A stretch of DNA of 64,000 nucleotides from Oikopleura dioica (GCA_907165135.1 OU015567.1:9424001-9488000), one strand, 5' to 3'; shown: positions 38,336 to 51,653, counted from the first letter of the stretch. Numbers and translations are program-made. Notes: generated by a model not told the origin, from the letters alone.

Positions 38336-40640
38336 ATGCCCCCAAAAAGAGGGAATAAAAAGACGACAAGCTCCAAGAGATCTTCAGAGCTGTCGTTATC
38401 TGCGATGATTTTGATGAGTGTTTCTATCCAATCACTCTCGATGGGCCAAAGTGTCTCCTACCGATTGCGAATCGACCTACTCTTGCATATGTCCTCGATA
38501 ATCTTGTTTTTCGATGCAAATTCCAGGAGATCCTTCTCGTCTCCAACAAGTATGGAAATGTCATCCAAAAATTTGTTCAGTCGAACTACAAAGGTAACTT
38601 CATCTGAGATTAACCAAAACTGTCAGTTTCTAGTGAACAACATCTGCAAAATTGAGTATCTTTCTTCTTCCGAGTTCGAGTCTGTCGGTGATATTTTCCG
38701 ATGTTTCGATCGAGATAACATGGTTTCGAAAGGTATCCGAATATTTTTTAACTTCCTAACCTTACTAAGAGCAACCGTTCGTTCTTCTCTCCGGAAGTGT
38801 GGTCACCAACGTCAATATCCGTCGCGTTTTTGATGACTTTCTAAGAGTCACCGCAGCCAATCCAAATGCTGTCCTTCACATGGCTCTTTCAAAATGCTCA
38901 CTATCTGACGATCAGAGTTATTTCATTGCCCACGACGACGGCAAAAAGGTTTTATCATTCAGGAGCCCTGGACCCCCTAACCAACCATTCGACGTTGAAG
39001 CTGGTATTTTCAAGGTATGTAAAAAGCCTGATCTAAGCTCATAGACAATTTCTAGTCCAAAATCCGAAAGCGTGTGCAGCTTCGTCTCGACCTGCGCTCG
39101 GCTGGCTTCTTCATCTGCTCTCCCAAAACTCCAAGTATTTTCGCTGATCCAGCAAATCTCGATCTTCAGTCCATGAACGATTTCGTGAAGCAAACTCTTG
39201 ACGACGAGCACATGGGTATTGGAACCAGCGAAGTCTTCTTTTCCCTTATCAAAGAGGATGAGTTTGGCGATGTCGTCACATCGCTGGACAGAATGAAGTT
39301 GATAACAGAAGCTGTCTTTAACCGAGTGATTTCTCCCTTCACTCCTGCTTACCAGTTCCGAGCGAAACAAGTTTCCTCGTATCAGACAAAGAAATCAGAG
39401 AATTATCGAGGCGAGCGAGTGCGTCTTTCTCCAACAGCAATCATTGAAAAGCGATGTGTTCTTGGCAATGGCGTCGAAGTCGGCGCTGGTTCCTTCGTAA
39501 CGAATTCAAGCATCGGCGATGACTGCAAAATAGGCGATAATGTTCGAATTGAAAACTGCGTTATCGCGCCTGGCGCTAAGATAGAGTCGTCGTGTGTTAT
39601 CAAAGGGTCTTTCTTTGGCAAAAATGTATCGATCTACGAAGGCTCCAAGATCGCTTCCCGCTCTGTCATCAGCCACAATGTTGCCATGAAGATTATTTCG
39701 GAGAAGCCGGTAATTTTGAGCTGCGGAGATGAAGAAGAGGTGGACGATTTCGCAGACTTGACGGCGCTGTCGATTGATGATGTTAGTTTTGAAGGAACCA
39801 TTGACGGTACGGCTTTTCTCTTGTATTTTCCAATTTAACTTTGCACTCTTTAGGCAAAGAGATTTTAATTTGGGCGCACGACGAGGACATTGATAAGGCG
39901 GATGATCTTGCTAAGATCGATTTCGAGTCCACTGCCGAGCAACTTTGGAGCGGAGTGAAGATCGAGGAGGAAGAAAAATCTCACGAAACGAACTCCCTAA
40001 ATTCAGAGGACGAAGAAGAATCCGACGAAGAAAGCTTTGATGAGGAAAAACAAAGGCAAAAGAACTTGGTGCTTTTCAACAACGAAGTCAAGGAATCAGT
40101 GACAAGATGTATTCGAGAGAAACTTTCTTCTGCTGATGTTGTCCCGGAAATAACAGGCATGCGAAAGCTCTTTCATTTTTCTTTCAATGATTAGGTTCCC
40201 GAAACTCGTACGCAGTTGAAGTTCCTCAAATTGTCAGAGCCATTGGTCTCGCTATTTATGGCCTGTCGAAAGAAGATGAAAAATTCTCGATTCAAAAGTT
40301 CCAAACTCATGTGAAACAATTAAAAGACATGCTCGGAAACTTTCTCTGTCCAAATGAAAACCCAAATGTGAAGATGCAAATGGAGTTCTTGCAGTTTGTT
40401 AATGAAGAGTTTGACACGACAAAACTGTTAACCCAAAAGGTAATCGACAAGCAGTATGTCTTGATAACCTTGGTAATCTAGGTTCTGATGGTTTTGTACA
40501 ACACTGACTTGTTGGATGAGCGCGTTATTCTTCACTGGAATGATAAGTTTGAAATCAAGGAGGAACTCAAAGAGAATATCGTCAAATTCATCGAGTATTT
40601 GGAGGAAGATGATGAATCATCAGAAGAAGAATCCGATTAA
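38336..40640 (+). CDS. EIF2B5: Translation initiation factor eIF2B epsilon subunit; apparent 1-nt deletion in an A-run near codon 9
   Basis: FRAVVICDDFDECFYPITLDGPKCLLPIAN, hexapeptide left-handed beta-helix repeats (VLGNGVEVGAGSFVTNSSIGDDCKIGDNVRI), and a C-terminal W2 domain ending FIEYLEEDDESSEEESD*. Confidence 0.92.
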
Positions 40641-42536
40641 AGTTCATTATTTCTGTCTATTAGGCAAAACTAGGCAAATAAATATTGAAAATATCGTATC
40701 TCTTCTTTTGGGCAACAATACATTGTATGCCCTGAGATTTGCTAATAAAAAATTGTTATTCTTATAGCATCATCTTCATCATACTCAGGGGCAAAAAAAA
40801 AAGCTTGTGCGTACACGAATCCGGGTCAGGCAAGGTAAAACAAGCTTTATTTCCGTCAAATTAGAACCAATTTATGGCACTGAACAGAGATTTTTTAGCT
40901 CTGACGGAGAAAAATAAGTCATCAACCGAATCGACTGACTTCCCGAGTTCTGCCACAAACTAGTTCTTGCTGCTACCTATATCATGCGCATTTCTCTTTC
41001 TCCGCCAAATGATAAGTCTTTAAGTTTGACATTTTCGTTAGATTTTTCGCAAATTTTCAATTTATAAGAAATACCGCAGCTTTCACGTAGAGGTTCACTA
41101 TCGTAATCGGGGTTGATTGAGGAATTCTCATGTCACAGAAAATCGCGGCACATACTTGTCCCGAACAAGTGCCTCTCAAAGTCCTGTGTTCTCCGCAAAG
41201 GCCTATAATTTCGTAAAATGATTGATAGCCGCTCTCAGTTTCTCCCAAGCAAGGAGACACCTGCTCATAGTTTATGAAATCAGGGTGTTTACATATCAAC
41301 TAGATTTACAAGAATTATTTTTTTGCAGCGCTGGCATGAATTTCTTCTCGGCTTATCTTTTTACTTATCTTATCGCGTGTTAAAAATATTTTTACTCGAG
41401 CTCCGGGTCTTTTCACATGCAAAAGGCTACCTTTCTGTGGGAGACAATTTTTACTTTAGATTTTTGTGGTAAAGGACAGTGCGGGATTAAATTTATTCTC
41501 TTTCATAATGAAATTAATTAGCTTTTGAGAAATCGTCTTCATATGAGAGAGATCATTTCTGCCAGAAATCATCATAAATTTAAAAAACATACAGAAATAC
41601 CAGGTATATTGATTTCTCGTTTCTTAGAAGACCTGGTCGTATTCGTAAAATACCAATATTTAGTTCTGTTGGTTAGTTTTAAGCCAATTCTAAGTCAGTC
41701 AGTCTGTTGTATTGAAAGTCGAGCTCTTTGCGGTTCATGTAAAAATTACTTTTGCGTTTTCTAATCCCTCGGAGAAGCCAAAAGAATGAGCCGATGAGGA
41801 GTGCTGATATCGGGGCTCGGCGGGTGACCGGCCCTGAGCTGCCAAAACAGTACCCCGCTGCGCCTACCGAGCGATAGGAGAGCGAGAAGGGCCCCACCCG
41901 TCAAGCAATAAAAAGAGCAATCTGGAATAAGGGAAGATTATCGTGGAGATCTCGACGGGAGCAGAATAAGAAAAGTAAAGAGATTTGAATTTTGAAGAAA
42001 TTATAATGGAAAAATGGGAAATTTGATTGAGAAAATGGGCTGTTTTGGTAAGTAATTCAGAATTATTAATTCAAAAGACGAAAATTCATTATAATGAAAT
42101 TTTAATTTACCATTTCCCATACGATCAATTATTTGATTTCCAGGACAAAATGCGGAAAATGAAGATAAAAACGCAATGGTTGAATACGCATCCGCCACGT
42201 TACGTGATACAGAATCCACGGCTTCTTTTGGACAATTCATAAACCCAAATGATGTTGCTCGCAACCCGAAAATGCTCAAACGTTTCTGCAGCTTCCGACA
42301 TGTCCACGAGGGCTAGACCTTTTATTAGGCTTGTCTAAAACTTCCACAGAATGCTACTAATACCGCAATATTTAATAAATAGAACGAGTGCTTGATTTAC
42401 TTCAAAATAAAGATTCAAACTTGAAAAACGATCTGTCGCTTCTGAAAACATTCGTAAAAGTTGAACTATGAATTGAATGTATTTCGTGTTTTTGAAGTAG
42501 TAAAGGGTTATTCTTTGATTTGAGCATTCTTTTGAT

Positions 42537-45382
42537 TCATTCAAATGTAACGGGTTCGGGCGATTGCTTCGAAATCCTGAAATAATTAACGTTAATCCTT
42601 TGATGGCATAACAGAGTGAGAAAGAAATCTATTCTACTTCTTCCAGAGTGAATATAACCGGCCGTGTTTATTACAAAATGCGTTACAAAATGGCCATTTG
42701 TCAACCGTTAATTTGCTCAACTGCTTATCGCAATGAATTGAATTACCATTTTTCAACCGGGAAGATCTTCGCCAAAGTCCAGTTTACTTTTGAATCGGCC
42801 GCCATTCGGCAAAGCTGTACTTGGATTTGATGACAGTACCAGCGGACGCAATCTTCTGTCCACAGGACACCGCCAATTATGCTGCCAATGTCTTTTCCCC
42901 CGAAATCGAAGCATGTAACTTCAAAGTCGTCAGTTTCTTGCTTGAAGCGTTTCTCCGCTTCGGAGGATAAGTGAAGGATTTTTGAAGTTTTTCCATCACT
43001 AGAAATAATTTCATCGGATGTGTTTTTAACGACGAATCAGTATTAATTATTTATTTACTCACCTGCCACGCAACCTCAAGAAGCTTCTTCTACCGATTTC
43101 TGATCGCGCAGGAGAATACACATAAACACGGTACTTCACTCCCGGGGTCAATGTAAGCGGCTTCACGTTTCGGGAGAGCTGTTTGCAAACAGGAAACATA
43201 ATAGTCCCGCGGCACGATAGCTTCTTTAGCAAGATGTGCTCACAATACCAGGTGTCAGACGGCGCCAGATGAGAAAGATCTTAATAAACAGTATGAACGA
43301 CGAACTTTTCAAAGAAGGCTAACCTAATGATACTTGATCCACATTTGGGATCATTTCTTTATCCTTAAGGGGGTAGAAACAGCTTTTGCCAAAGATGGAA
43401 TTTTAAAAATTTTTTTAAAGATTTTGATAACCCAATGCATGAAGAATATAATTTTTATCAAAAACTTTATTCTAACTATGTTGGAACGCCTTTAAAATTG
43501 CCCTAAAAATTGAAATTTTGGCGCAAATTTGAGTTTTTCGAAATTTAGCGATAGTTAAAATCGTTTAATAAGGGGATAAACGCGAAAATTATAGATTTGC
43601 TTTGATCACATGATCATCTTGAATAATTTTGTTAGGACCATAACTTAAGGGTATCACGAAGAAATGGTCTTTAAAATTGAAAATTTTGAAAATTTGAAAC
43701 ACAAGTTTCAATCGGCCTCGCAACATTATCATTTTTTGACATTACGCAATTTCAATCATAGATGCTCCTAGAAAAAGTATTGAACTTTCTTAAAATGAGA
43801 TTAGAAATTCTCGGTTAATCACATGACTCGAGATAATCGTGCTTGAAAATGGGCAAAAATCGGCATTTTCGACGAGATGGGTTGATGTTTCGCTCTCTAC
43901 CGCTTAACTGGGTAAACAAAAAATAATTTTAAAAACAGATGTTCTTAGATCTAAGATAAATCTAACTAAAATCGAAGAGCAAATTAAATAATCTAAGGTT
44001 TGCTGAGCTTGGGCGCCGTTCAAAAACCGGCTTTTTTCAAAAAAGCTGTTTCTACCACCTTAAAATGGATCGTATCAATCCGATTCCCTGTGAGCGCTGG
44101 AACTTGTAGCCGGGCCATCACTGTATTTTGTGTTCGAAGAGCGAGATTTACTGTACTTTCTGGTGACAGAGATATGTTCTGATTCGATATTGACATGACC
44201 CAAGTTTGCTTTGTTAGGTTGAAAATTTTAAAGTGTAAGTCATTTAAAACACGGAAATGTGAAAAATCTAAGAACTTATAAAAGTAACTTTTATGGTCTT
44301 TGATCAACCTATTCTCAGATTGTCTTTCAATAAAGGAGCTCCTCACTCCGCCAGACCTCGATCTCGTAATAAACCCAACACGGGCGCTGGATGATCCTGG
44401 TAAAGTCTTCGCAATATCATCCCAAGAGGTTGAAAGCTTGAGGAAGGATTCTCGATCACTTGTGCAAAGCTCCACTCTGTGCTGATATTCTTGCCCTTCC
44501 GGTTTGAACTTGATCCAATCGTTGATTTCAAACAAAATTCTCTTGTCGAATTGTATCCTTAATTCGCTTTGATCCAGTACTTCGTTGCGCGACTTTTGAA
44601 TATTAATCTTTTCGAGATAGAGGTCTTAATAAATATTTTAACTATGATAAACTTGTCAATTTTCTACCTGCGCCAGCGTTTCCCTCGTCTAAATAAAGCA
44701 CAACTTTCTCAATCAGCCCAAGATTTTTGTCATAGAAATCAGTCTCAATTTCAGACCCGACCCTCAAGGCCTTCGTATTGAGCTCATGAACTTGCGAGCT
44801 TGTTCGTGATCCAATAAGCTTGATCGATAGCTTAAATTGATAGACTAACATACAAACGGTGCGTAACTCACTTACTTTGACAGCATCTTTTCTCAACTTT
44901 TGGCCAGTCATTAGAAAAACTTTGTATTGGAAGCCTTTGAGCGCGAGCATCCTATTCCCAGATTGCTAATAATTGCCGGTTTTTAGCAACATCGGAGTTT
45001 CTTCTACCTGTATATTTGTGAGCAAAATAGGACTGGAGCTATCCGGTATGATCTGCACCCAATCAATTGGAATTGAACGTGTCACATTGTCAAAGAGCAC
45101 TTTCTGAACCTTTCCAATCGGCTCCAAATCAACGCATAAGTACTGCAACTCTCCGGTGAGCTTCCCATTTATCGCGATGGGATTAGACCAATCTTTAGTG
45201 CCAATTAGCGTCATTAGGATGCCGTTGAAGCCCTCCGTAGATAATTGACCGCATGTCTGAAAATTTTCTAACTATCTGATCGAAGTTACCTTTGTATCAT
45301 TTGCATAAATATTTTTAATTCTTACCTTGATCCGGATCCAATATTTTATCTTCCTTTTCGGCGAGTCAAAGTTTCTGTTCAT
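42537..45382 (-). CDS. Protein made of about four tandem PLAT/LH2 domains (LOXHD1-like)
   Basis: Spliced segments: KYWIRIKTCG...MTLIGTKDWS; YKVFLMTG...IKLIGSRTSS...KNLGLIEKVVLYLDEGNAG...FEINDWI; ...TWYCEHI...FPVCKQL; YRVYVYS...LRGSDGKTS...FKQETDDFEV...DIG...WYCHQIQV...FPVEKW. These match the PLAT consensus. The stop is at 42743 or, with a final intron, at 42537. Confidence 0.72.
43365..43907. mobile_element. Probable second TTAA-flanked MITE, in an intron of the PLAT gene
   Basis: Left end TTAA-GGGGGTAGAAAC; right end ...TCTACCGC-TTAA, a short degenerate inverted match. AT-rich non-coding interior similar in character to 3161-3826. Confidence 0.45.
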
Positions 45383-45587
45383 TCTTGTTTTCTCTTGCTT
45401 GAGATTGCCTTCCTAAATAAAATCGTTCAATCTTGTCTCAGTTCATAATGCATAGGTTCCAGTTGAGCCAATATATTTCTCAAGAGAAATGGATCTGGAC
45501 AGTGGGCTGCCAGAAGCCGCTCTAGTGCAGCGCAGTTTTGTAAATTATTGAGCGACACGGGGTCGGACTGGGCAATCGGGGAAAAAC

Positions 45588-45604
45588 GAGAGAGAGAGAG
45601 AGAG
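45588..45604 (+). repeat. (GA)n microsatellite upstream of the PLAT gene
   Basis: GAGAGAGAGAGAGAGAG, directly visible. Confidence 0.85.
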
Positions 45605-48600
45605 CCGCCGACTTACAAGAATTCCCACGGGTAGGCAGCCAGAAAGCAGTGAATTTAGACCAGATGAGAAGTCTACGGCGGTTTTATGAGAAATTCGATT
45701 TGTCATGTGACATATGATTCCGACAGATACACAACTTATGCTCAAAACTAAACAAGCGCTTGATACAGGACTTCTAATTCCGATGACGCTCTTGACGGAA
45801 AATTAAAGTTCAAAAAATCATAAATTATGATTCATAATCCCCTCCTGCGACATTTTGATGAGGAAAAGATGACTGTGGACGCAAGACCCGACTTTCCGTC
45901 TTCGAGAAAATAATCTCGCCGTTGAACTCCAAGACAGATCGCCAGTCGAGTTCTCCTTCTCTCAATGCGTCAAGCCGGAGTCGCTGGCAAATCCATTTAG
46001 GGGAAGCTGTTTTAGGATGATTTTTTTTGTTTTCATAATAATTTGTATCTATTGAAAGAATCTGATCCGATTCCTAGGGCCTCGAAGTCGACTTGAAGCT
46101 TTATGTAGCTGATTTTTGATGTTCTTGGTCGGCAAAGGGTAACCTTAATTAAACAGATATCGCTTAAGCCCAGCAAGTTGGCAATTGAAATCAAGGAAGA
46201 GTAACCATTTGTCAATTTACCTCAAAAATGTCGGTTTGCCGCGATCTGAAAAGATTCTTCGTCAATTTGTCACTCTCTGCGGGTAAAAGAGACTCAATAA
46301 CACTTCTCTCCTTCGATGTGTTTTCTCAAAGAGCTCTTGAGCTGAGCTCATTGAATCCAAATTAATTTAACTTTTGTCGCAATCAGAAGGAGATTAGAAA
46401 CGCGCGCCCGCGAGGCAGCGATTTACTCAGAAGGCAATTTCAATTTCACACAAAGAGGCCACCTTCAATCCAGTTTACAAACGAGAAGCACTGGTGCACT
46501 GGTGATTGATCAATTCAAGAAATATCATTATTATGAAATCCTAATGAGCTTTTACACGGCCCTGAGAAGCCATCGCTCAGAGGGGCCAGTTTTGAACGCG
46601 ACTTCGATGAAGACATCTTTTGCACTTTTCCAGTGATTAGTTTGAAGCTTTTCAAGGCTTAAAAATAGAAAATAACGTATCGAGAATCTCTGTCAACGGA
46701 AGAATTCCTTGGCATGGAATTATCCTAGACTTGCGCCTTAAATAAAACTTCCAGTTTGTCGAAGATTTTGTCTTCATACTTTTTGTCCAAACGACTGATC
46801 GGGTTGGTCTGGGAAGATAGATCAATATGTGTTTTGGATCGAAAACGATATGTTAACATCGTCAGATAAAAATTTAAGCTCTTGTCGAAGCAATGCACTG
46901 ATCTTAAGATCTTTTCGTTCGTAACAAACAGTAGTTGATGCTACTATCACTGTTCCTAAAGTACGAAGGACCGGAGGTGATGTCTATCCTCAATTTTTCT
47001 ATGGCGTGTTGGTTTTCTCGCTGCGCAGAATTCATAACTGTGGCCCAAGCGCACGTGTGGTCCGTGTATTCATCACAAAAAATGTTATGAAAAAGACAAA
47101 GAAAAAAGGCAGGAAGCTTTGATTTTGAACAAAAATAAAAAGGAAAGATGTTCATCAAAGGGCTTTGCCATCTGGATGCTGGTAAATGAATTTATATTGC
47201 TCGAGAGCTATTACACAGACAAAATAAACTCCTTTGAACAATAAATGTTAGACTTACTACAATCTTACTGTTTGAGTCTTCGAAAAAGTGCACCAGAGTT
47301 TAAAATATTGAACTACATCTCTTTGACTCTGAAATCTTGTTAGACTAACAGATTTGTGAATAACAAAAAGGCCAAGAGTCAAAACACTCAAGTGCTTTCT
47401 ACCAGCAGACATCTTCCTCTTCAAAATCGGAACTCAGCTTTTTTGAACTTGATCTTTTCAAAATATCGATTTCCTTGGAAGGTGTAATTGAAAAATTTTG
47501 CTTTTCAATCAGAAGGCTATGAATGCTAATTAGTAATTAGACTGTAATTGATTGAGTGATGGCTTCACTTCTTCTTTTTGACTTTGTTATTTTGAAATGG
47601 AAGAAAGAAAAAGAGATTCTATTTCTTCGCCAAGGTTGTATTTCTTGCCCTGTTTGAGCTAAGTTTTTTTTCCAGAAACGCAGTCGTAGAAAATGCATTC
47701 AACAAGTGGGCTTCAAAAGTTCATCCATGTCAAGATGACGAAGGAATGGCTATCAGAGTGTTTTAATTATTGTCTTAAAAATGTCATACATTTGAAAGCC
47801 AAACTAATAGAGGCGATTCGTAGAAGGTTCATAGTTTTTTCTTTTGCAATTGAGTTTTCCGTCTTGTAATTTAGTAATTTTGCGAGCAGAGGGAGATACT
47901 CCACTGTTATCGAGACAACTCCAGGTATGATTTTCTAATTTCTTAAAAAAAACTTGTCATTCTAGTGTCATCATCTCAACTTGGAATGAGAGAGTTTATT
48001 TCGAGCATCTTCTCCAGCCAAAGCTCAAATCTTCAGGTAAACAGAGTGCAAATAGCTTCACAGAGGAAGGAATAAAATTTTCAGCTTCATCGAGGATCGG
48101 GAGGATGGAGAGATTCAACCACGCACGAGGAAAGTTTCAAATTTAAGGAGTCTTTCGCTTTATTTTTTTTCAAAAAATTAACCCTTGAAAGTTGATGCTG
48201 GGCCCGACGAGGATGAGTTTTTTCTCGAAGAAAAGTCTCCAGCGACATCTTTATAAAGGTAGAGAACAATTAACGGGCCGACAAGTTGCAATTACAATGT
48301 CTGACATCATAATGTCCTCCTCTCACAAAACGCACAACGATCCCTTTTTCATACCCAGTAAATTTTTGAAGAAGCAAAAATGGTTTTGAAGAAAAAAGTG
48401 ATCGGTAGGTTTAAAATTTACAATCGTAATAATTACGCTAGAGACTCTAGCCTAGAGGGAAAGCCATGAGTTGTGATTAGCCTTGTTATGCTCATAAAAA
48501 GTCGTATTTACCGTTCTGGCTTTGGCGGGTGAGAGAGAAAGTCAGATTGGCCTTAATTGAAGAGAATTATGGTTTCGCGGTTGTTTTCCTGCGCCTCGAA

Positions 48601-48710
48601 GAGCGAGGACACGGAACTTGTCGACCATCATCACCATAAAGGTAAAGTCGAGATTGGCCCTGTTTTCATAGTATAAAACAAACAGTCGATGAGTGTTTTT
48701 GAACCCAAAA

Positions 48711-50932
48711 ATGATCGGCGCAAGAATGACAAACGCCAGAAGCAAGAGACCCTCTATCAGAGCTCCTCCAGGCGGAAAGAGACCTTCAGTTAAAAAACGA
48801 GTCTCAAAGTCACTTTCGCCGAGGCAAAGCGCTTTCGGGGATGAAGATTTTGTCGACTTTCGTCGTTATGTTTCAGAATCATTTACTTTCAGCTCTCCCA
48901 AAATCATATTTTTGAAACAAAAATGGCAGATCGAGTTCGCTCAGTTCATCAACCGCAGATCTCTTCAAGCCCCTCGAGAAAGTATTCTTCTTTTTGGGGC
49001 AGAAGAAAGAGATCATAGGTTAGTGATCCGCATGTTGTATGACCCTTCGCCTTGATTTATTATCTCCGAGTGAAATTAATTTTTTCTCCATGTCTGATCG
49101 ATTGCCCCTTTTTTGATTTAGCTTCATTTAGAAAAATCACATTCAGTTTGTTAAAAAAAAATGAGAGATAAAAAGGCAGTGAGCAAGAGCATGAGCTGCT
49201 CGTTGATAACGCTAGAATCTATCGACCTAAGGAATGGAAAAAAAACTTCGTATCGGTTATACACAGTAACTTAGTCGCCCGCGGATTTGAGCTGGTATTA
49301 ATATAAATAGCAATAATGACAGATAGTGTGCGTTTATAAATAAACAAGTGGCAATCTGTTATATCTAAAAGCGGCTTCGTCTGAGAATGCCATCACATAA
49401 TGGTTTTGCTGCGGTCTAGGTCGCAAGGTAACAGAGTTTTACTAAATTTCCATGATAAAGAGATACACCGACCCATCATTTGCAGTTTCGGAATAACAAT
49501 AAATTTGAATTCTTTTCTTTTCAATAAGTTAAAATCCGATGACAAGGAAAACCATGATAGAAGCGTTATAAAGAGAATAACGCATTTCGTAAGTTGGAGA
49601 AGGCCAACTAATGAGTCTCAAAGTAGAGCGAACGCGGATGGTAAAAAATCCCCCGGGTGAGCGTGAGCATCTCTTTTCGTAACTTGAATATCGTTTGATA
49701 AGGCACAAGAGCCACACGAAAATCCACTTGGGACATCAAAAATCAAAAGGTAAATGCTTCTCTTGGACAGCGAGGATTTGCTAAAAAGGATCCATGTCGA
49801 GGCTTTCAGATTACGCGTGCTAATTCAAAATGGGATCAGACTGTCATCTCTCATCAATTACTCTTTTATCGCTTGATCAGGGCCATTTATGAAGACGAAA
49901 AGCTTTAAAATTAGAATTATATGAAATTTTTCAAGACGAAAAAAGAGAAGCCGGATAAGGTGGAAAAAACGAAAACCAAAGGTTATGTCGGATACACGCG
50001 GATATATGAAAGTGTTAAGGAGAGTTGTGAGGATTTACTAGGGCAATAAAATGTGCAAAACCATAGTTTTTGAGGTTGATAATTGACAATTGAATATGGA
50101 GAGACTAAGCGACTTTAAAGACTATCTAATTGAGTTGTTTTTCTCTCAACCAGAGAGGCTTTCTTCGTATCATAACTCGAGAAAATACTCGGTCAAGCTT
50201 ACTGGTCTACTTTTTCGCTTGTTCACTTCGGACTGTTTAATTTAGAGCCACAAATAAAGGCGGTCAAGACACGACTACAATGCAGATCAGGACTCAACCT
50301 TGCGATGAAACTAACAGACGAAGAGCAGCCTAAATTGCAAGTATGCGGAGTCAAGTCTGATGGACCAGAGACGATTTTTTACCTGATTCCCGTGGGGCTC
50401 CGACAAGTGGCGATTCAACAAGTGGAAACGCAATGTTACGTCGGGATGAATGCTTCAGGGAAACTTTTTCCTGCTGTAAGTCAATCGATCGACTTACTTT
50501 CTCGGAAATATTTCTTTCAGGAGACGTATACCAATGAGTGCAAATTCAAAGAAAATGTTTACGAAAATTACTGGTGTATCTACAGCTCTGTGCAGTATAA
50601 GACCGTCAATCCCGATAAGCAGGTGATTCAACTCAATAAATACTAATTAATGCGAACAAAAAGAGGCCGTGGCATATTGGAATTAACGATAGTGGCAGAT
50701 CTGTGAGAGGGTCAAAAGCGAAGAAAGACAAGGAAGTCTCTCATTTTCTTCCTCAACCTATTGAAGGTAGATCACAATTGGCATTGATTTTTGGCAATGA
50801 TTTTTATCTTTATTTTATTTAGTACACATGATGCGGGAACCATCGCAAGCAGAGCCTCTACTTGGCCCGTCAAGAAGCAGTTCAGAAATACAACATTCGA
50901 GTACAGAATTCAACGGCTCGAAGAATGTTTAA
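48711..50932 (+). CDS. Intracellular FGF (FGF11/12/13/14 subfamily); core exons 50246-50932, 5' exons uncertain
   Basis: EPQIKAVKTRL...IFYLIPVGLRQVAIQ...YVGMNASG...ECKFKENVYENYWCIYSS...WHIGIN...SHFLPQPIEVHMMREPS. No signal peptide. Confidence 0.9.
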
Positions 50933-51653
50933 AAATGTTACTTATTATGGCAAATATACTTTGTATTCATTCATACTAGGAAAAAGTAGTTTAAGACATG
51001 GATAACTTTAAATGGAATGATGAAATCTTGTGTCTGACAGATAAATCCAATCTTCCTTCATACGGCGTCATTAGGAGGTGTGAGGAAAGTAAAGGTGATT
51101 CTAATGGTTCATATCATATGGCCAGGATATTTAGAAATGAAGCACTGAATGAAGAAATGAAAGCACCTCTGACCCTTTTCCGGAATTGACGCGACATTTT
51201 CGTGGCGAATCATCTTCAGCAGAAGTAAACTACTTTTATACAGTTATATCTCACTCATCTTTTTTGGTTACCTTATTCTTCGCTTTTTTGAAGCAAATCA
51301 ATAAGAATTTCGACTATGAATGCGCGTAGCTCTGGTATTTGAGCAAACTCGCCTAGTTCAGCTACGGACGCAATCAGACGACTTAATGAATCGGGATCTT
51401 CATGCTAGACAGGGATGCGGCTATCATTCATCAAATTTAGTAGCTCAATCGTCTATGCTCTGACGCTTAGCTTATCTTTTAATCCGGAAGTCGCCACTGC
51501 CAAAAGAGCTTTTTTATGATATTAGGGTATTCTAAATAGGGTATAAGTTATACCGTTGAACATATATCTAAGGGCCAACTAGCCGTTAATATGTAGAGAA
51601 CATATTCTCATCTAAGTATGCATCATCCCCACTCCATATCTGTATGGATTCTA

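Noticed and set aside
41057-41299. 80-aa minus-strand ORF and the GC-rich patch at 41760-41960
   Set aside because: No recognisable domain, terminal repeats or ncRNA motif, so it cannot be supported as a gene, LTR or RNA.
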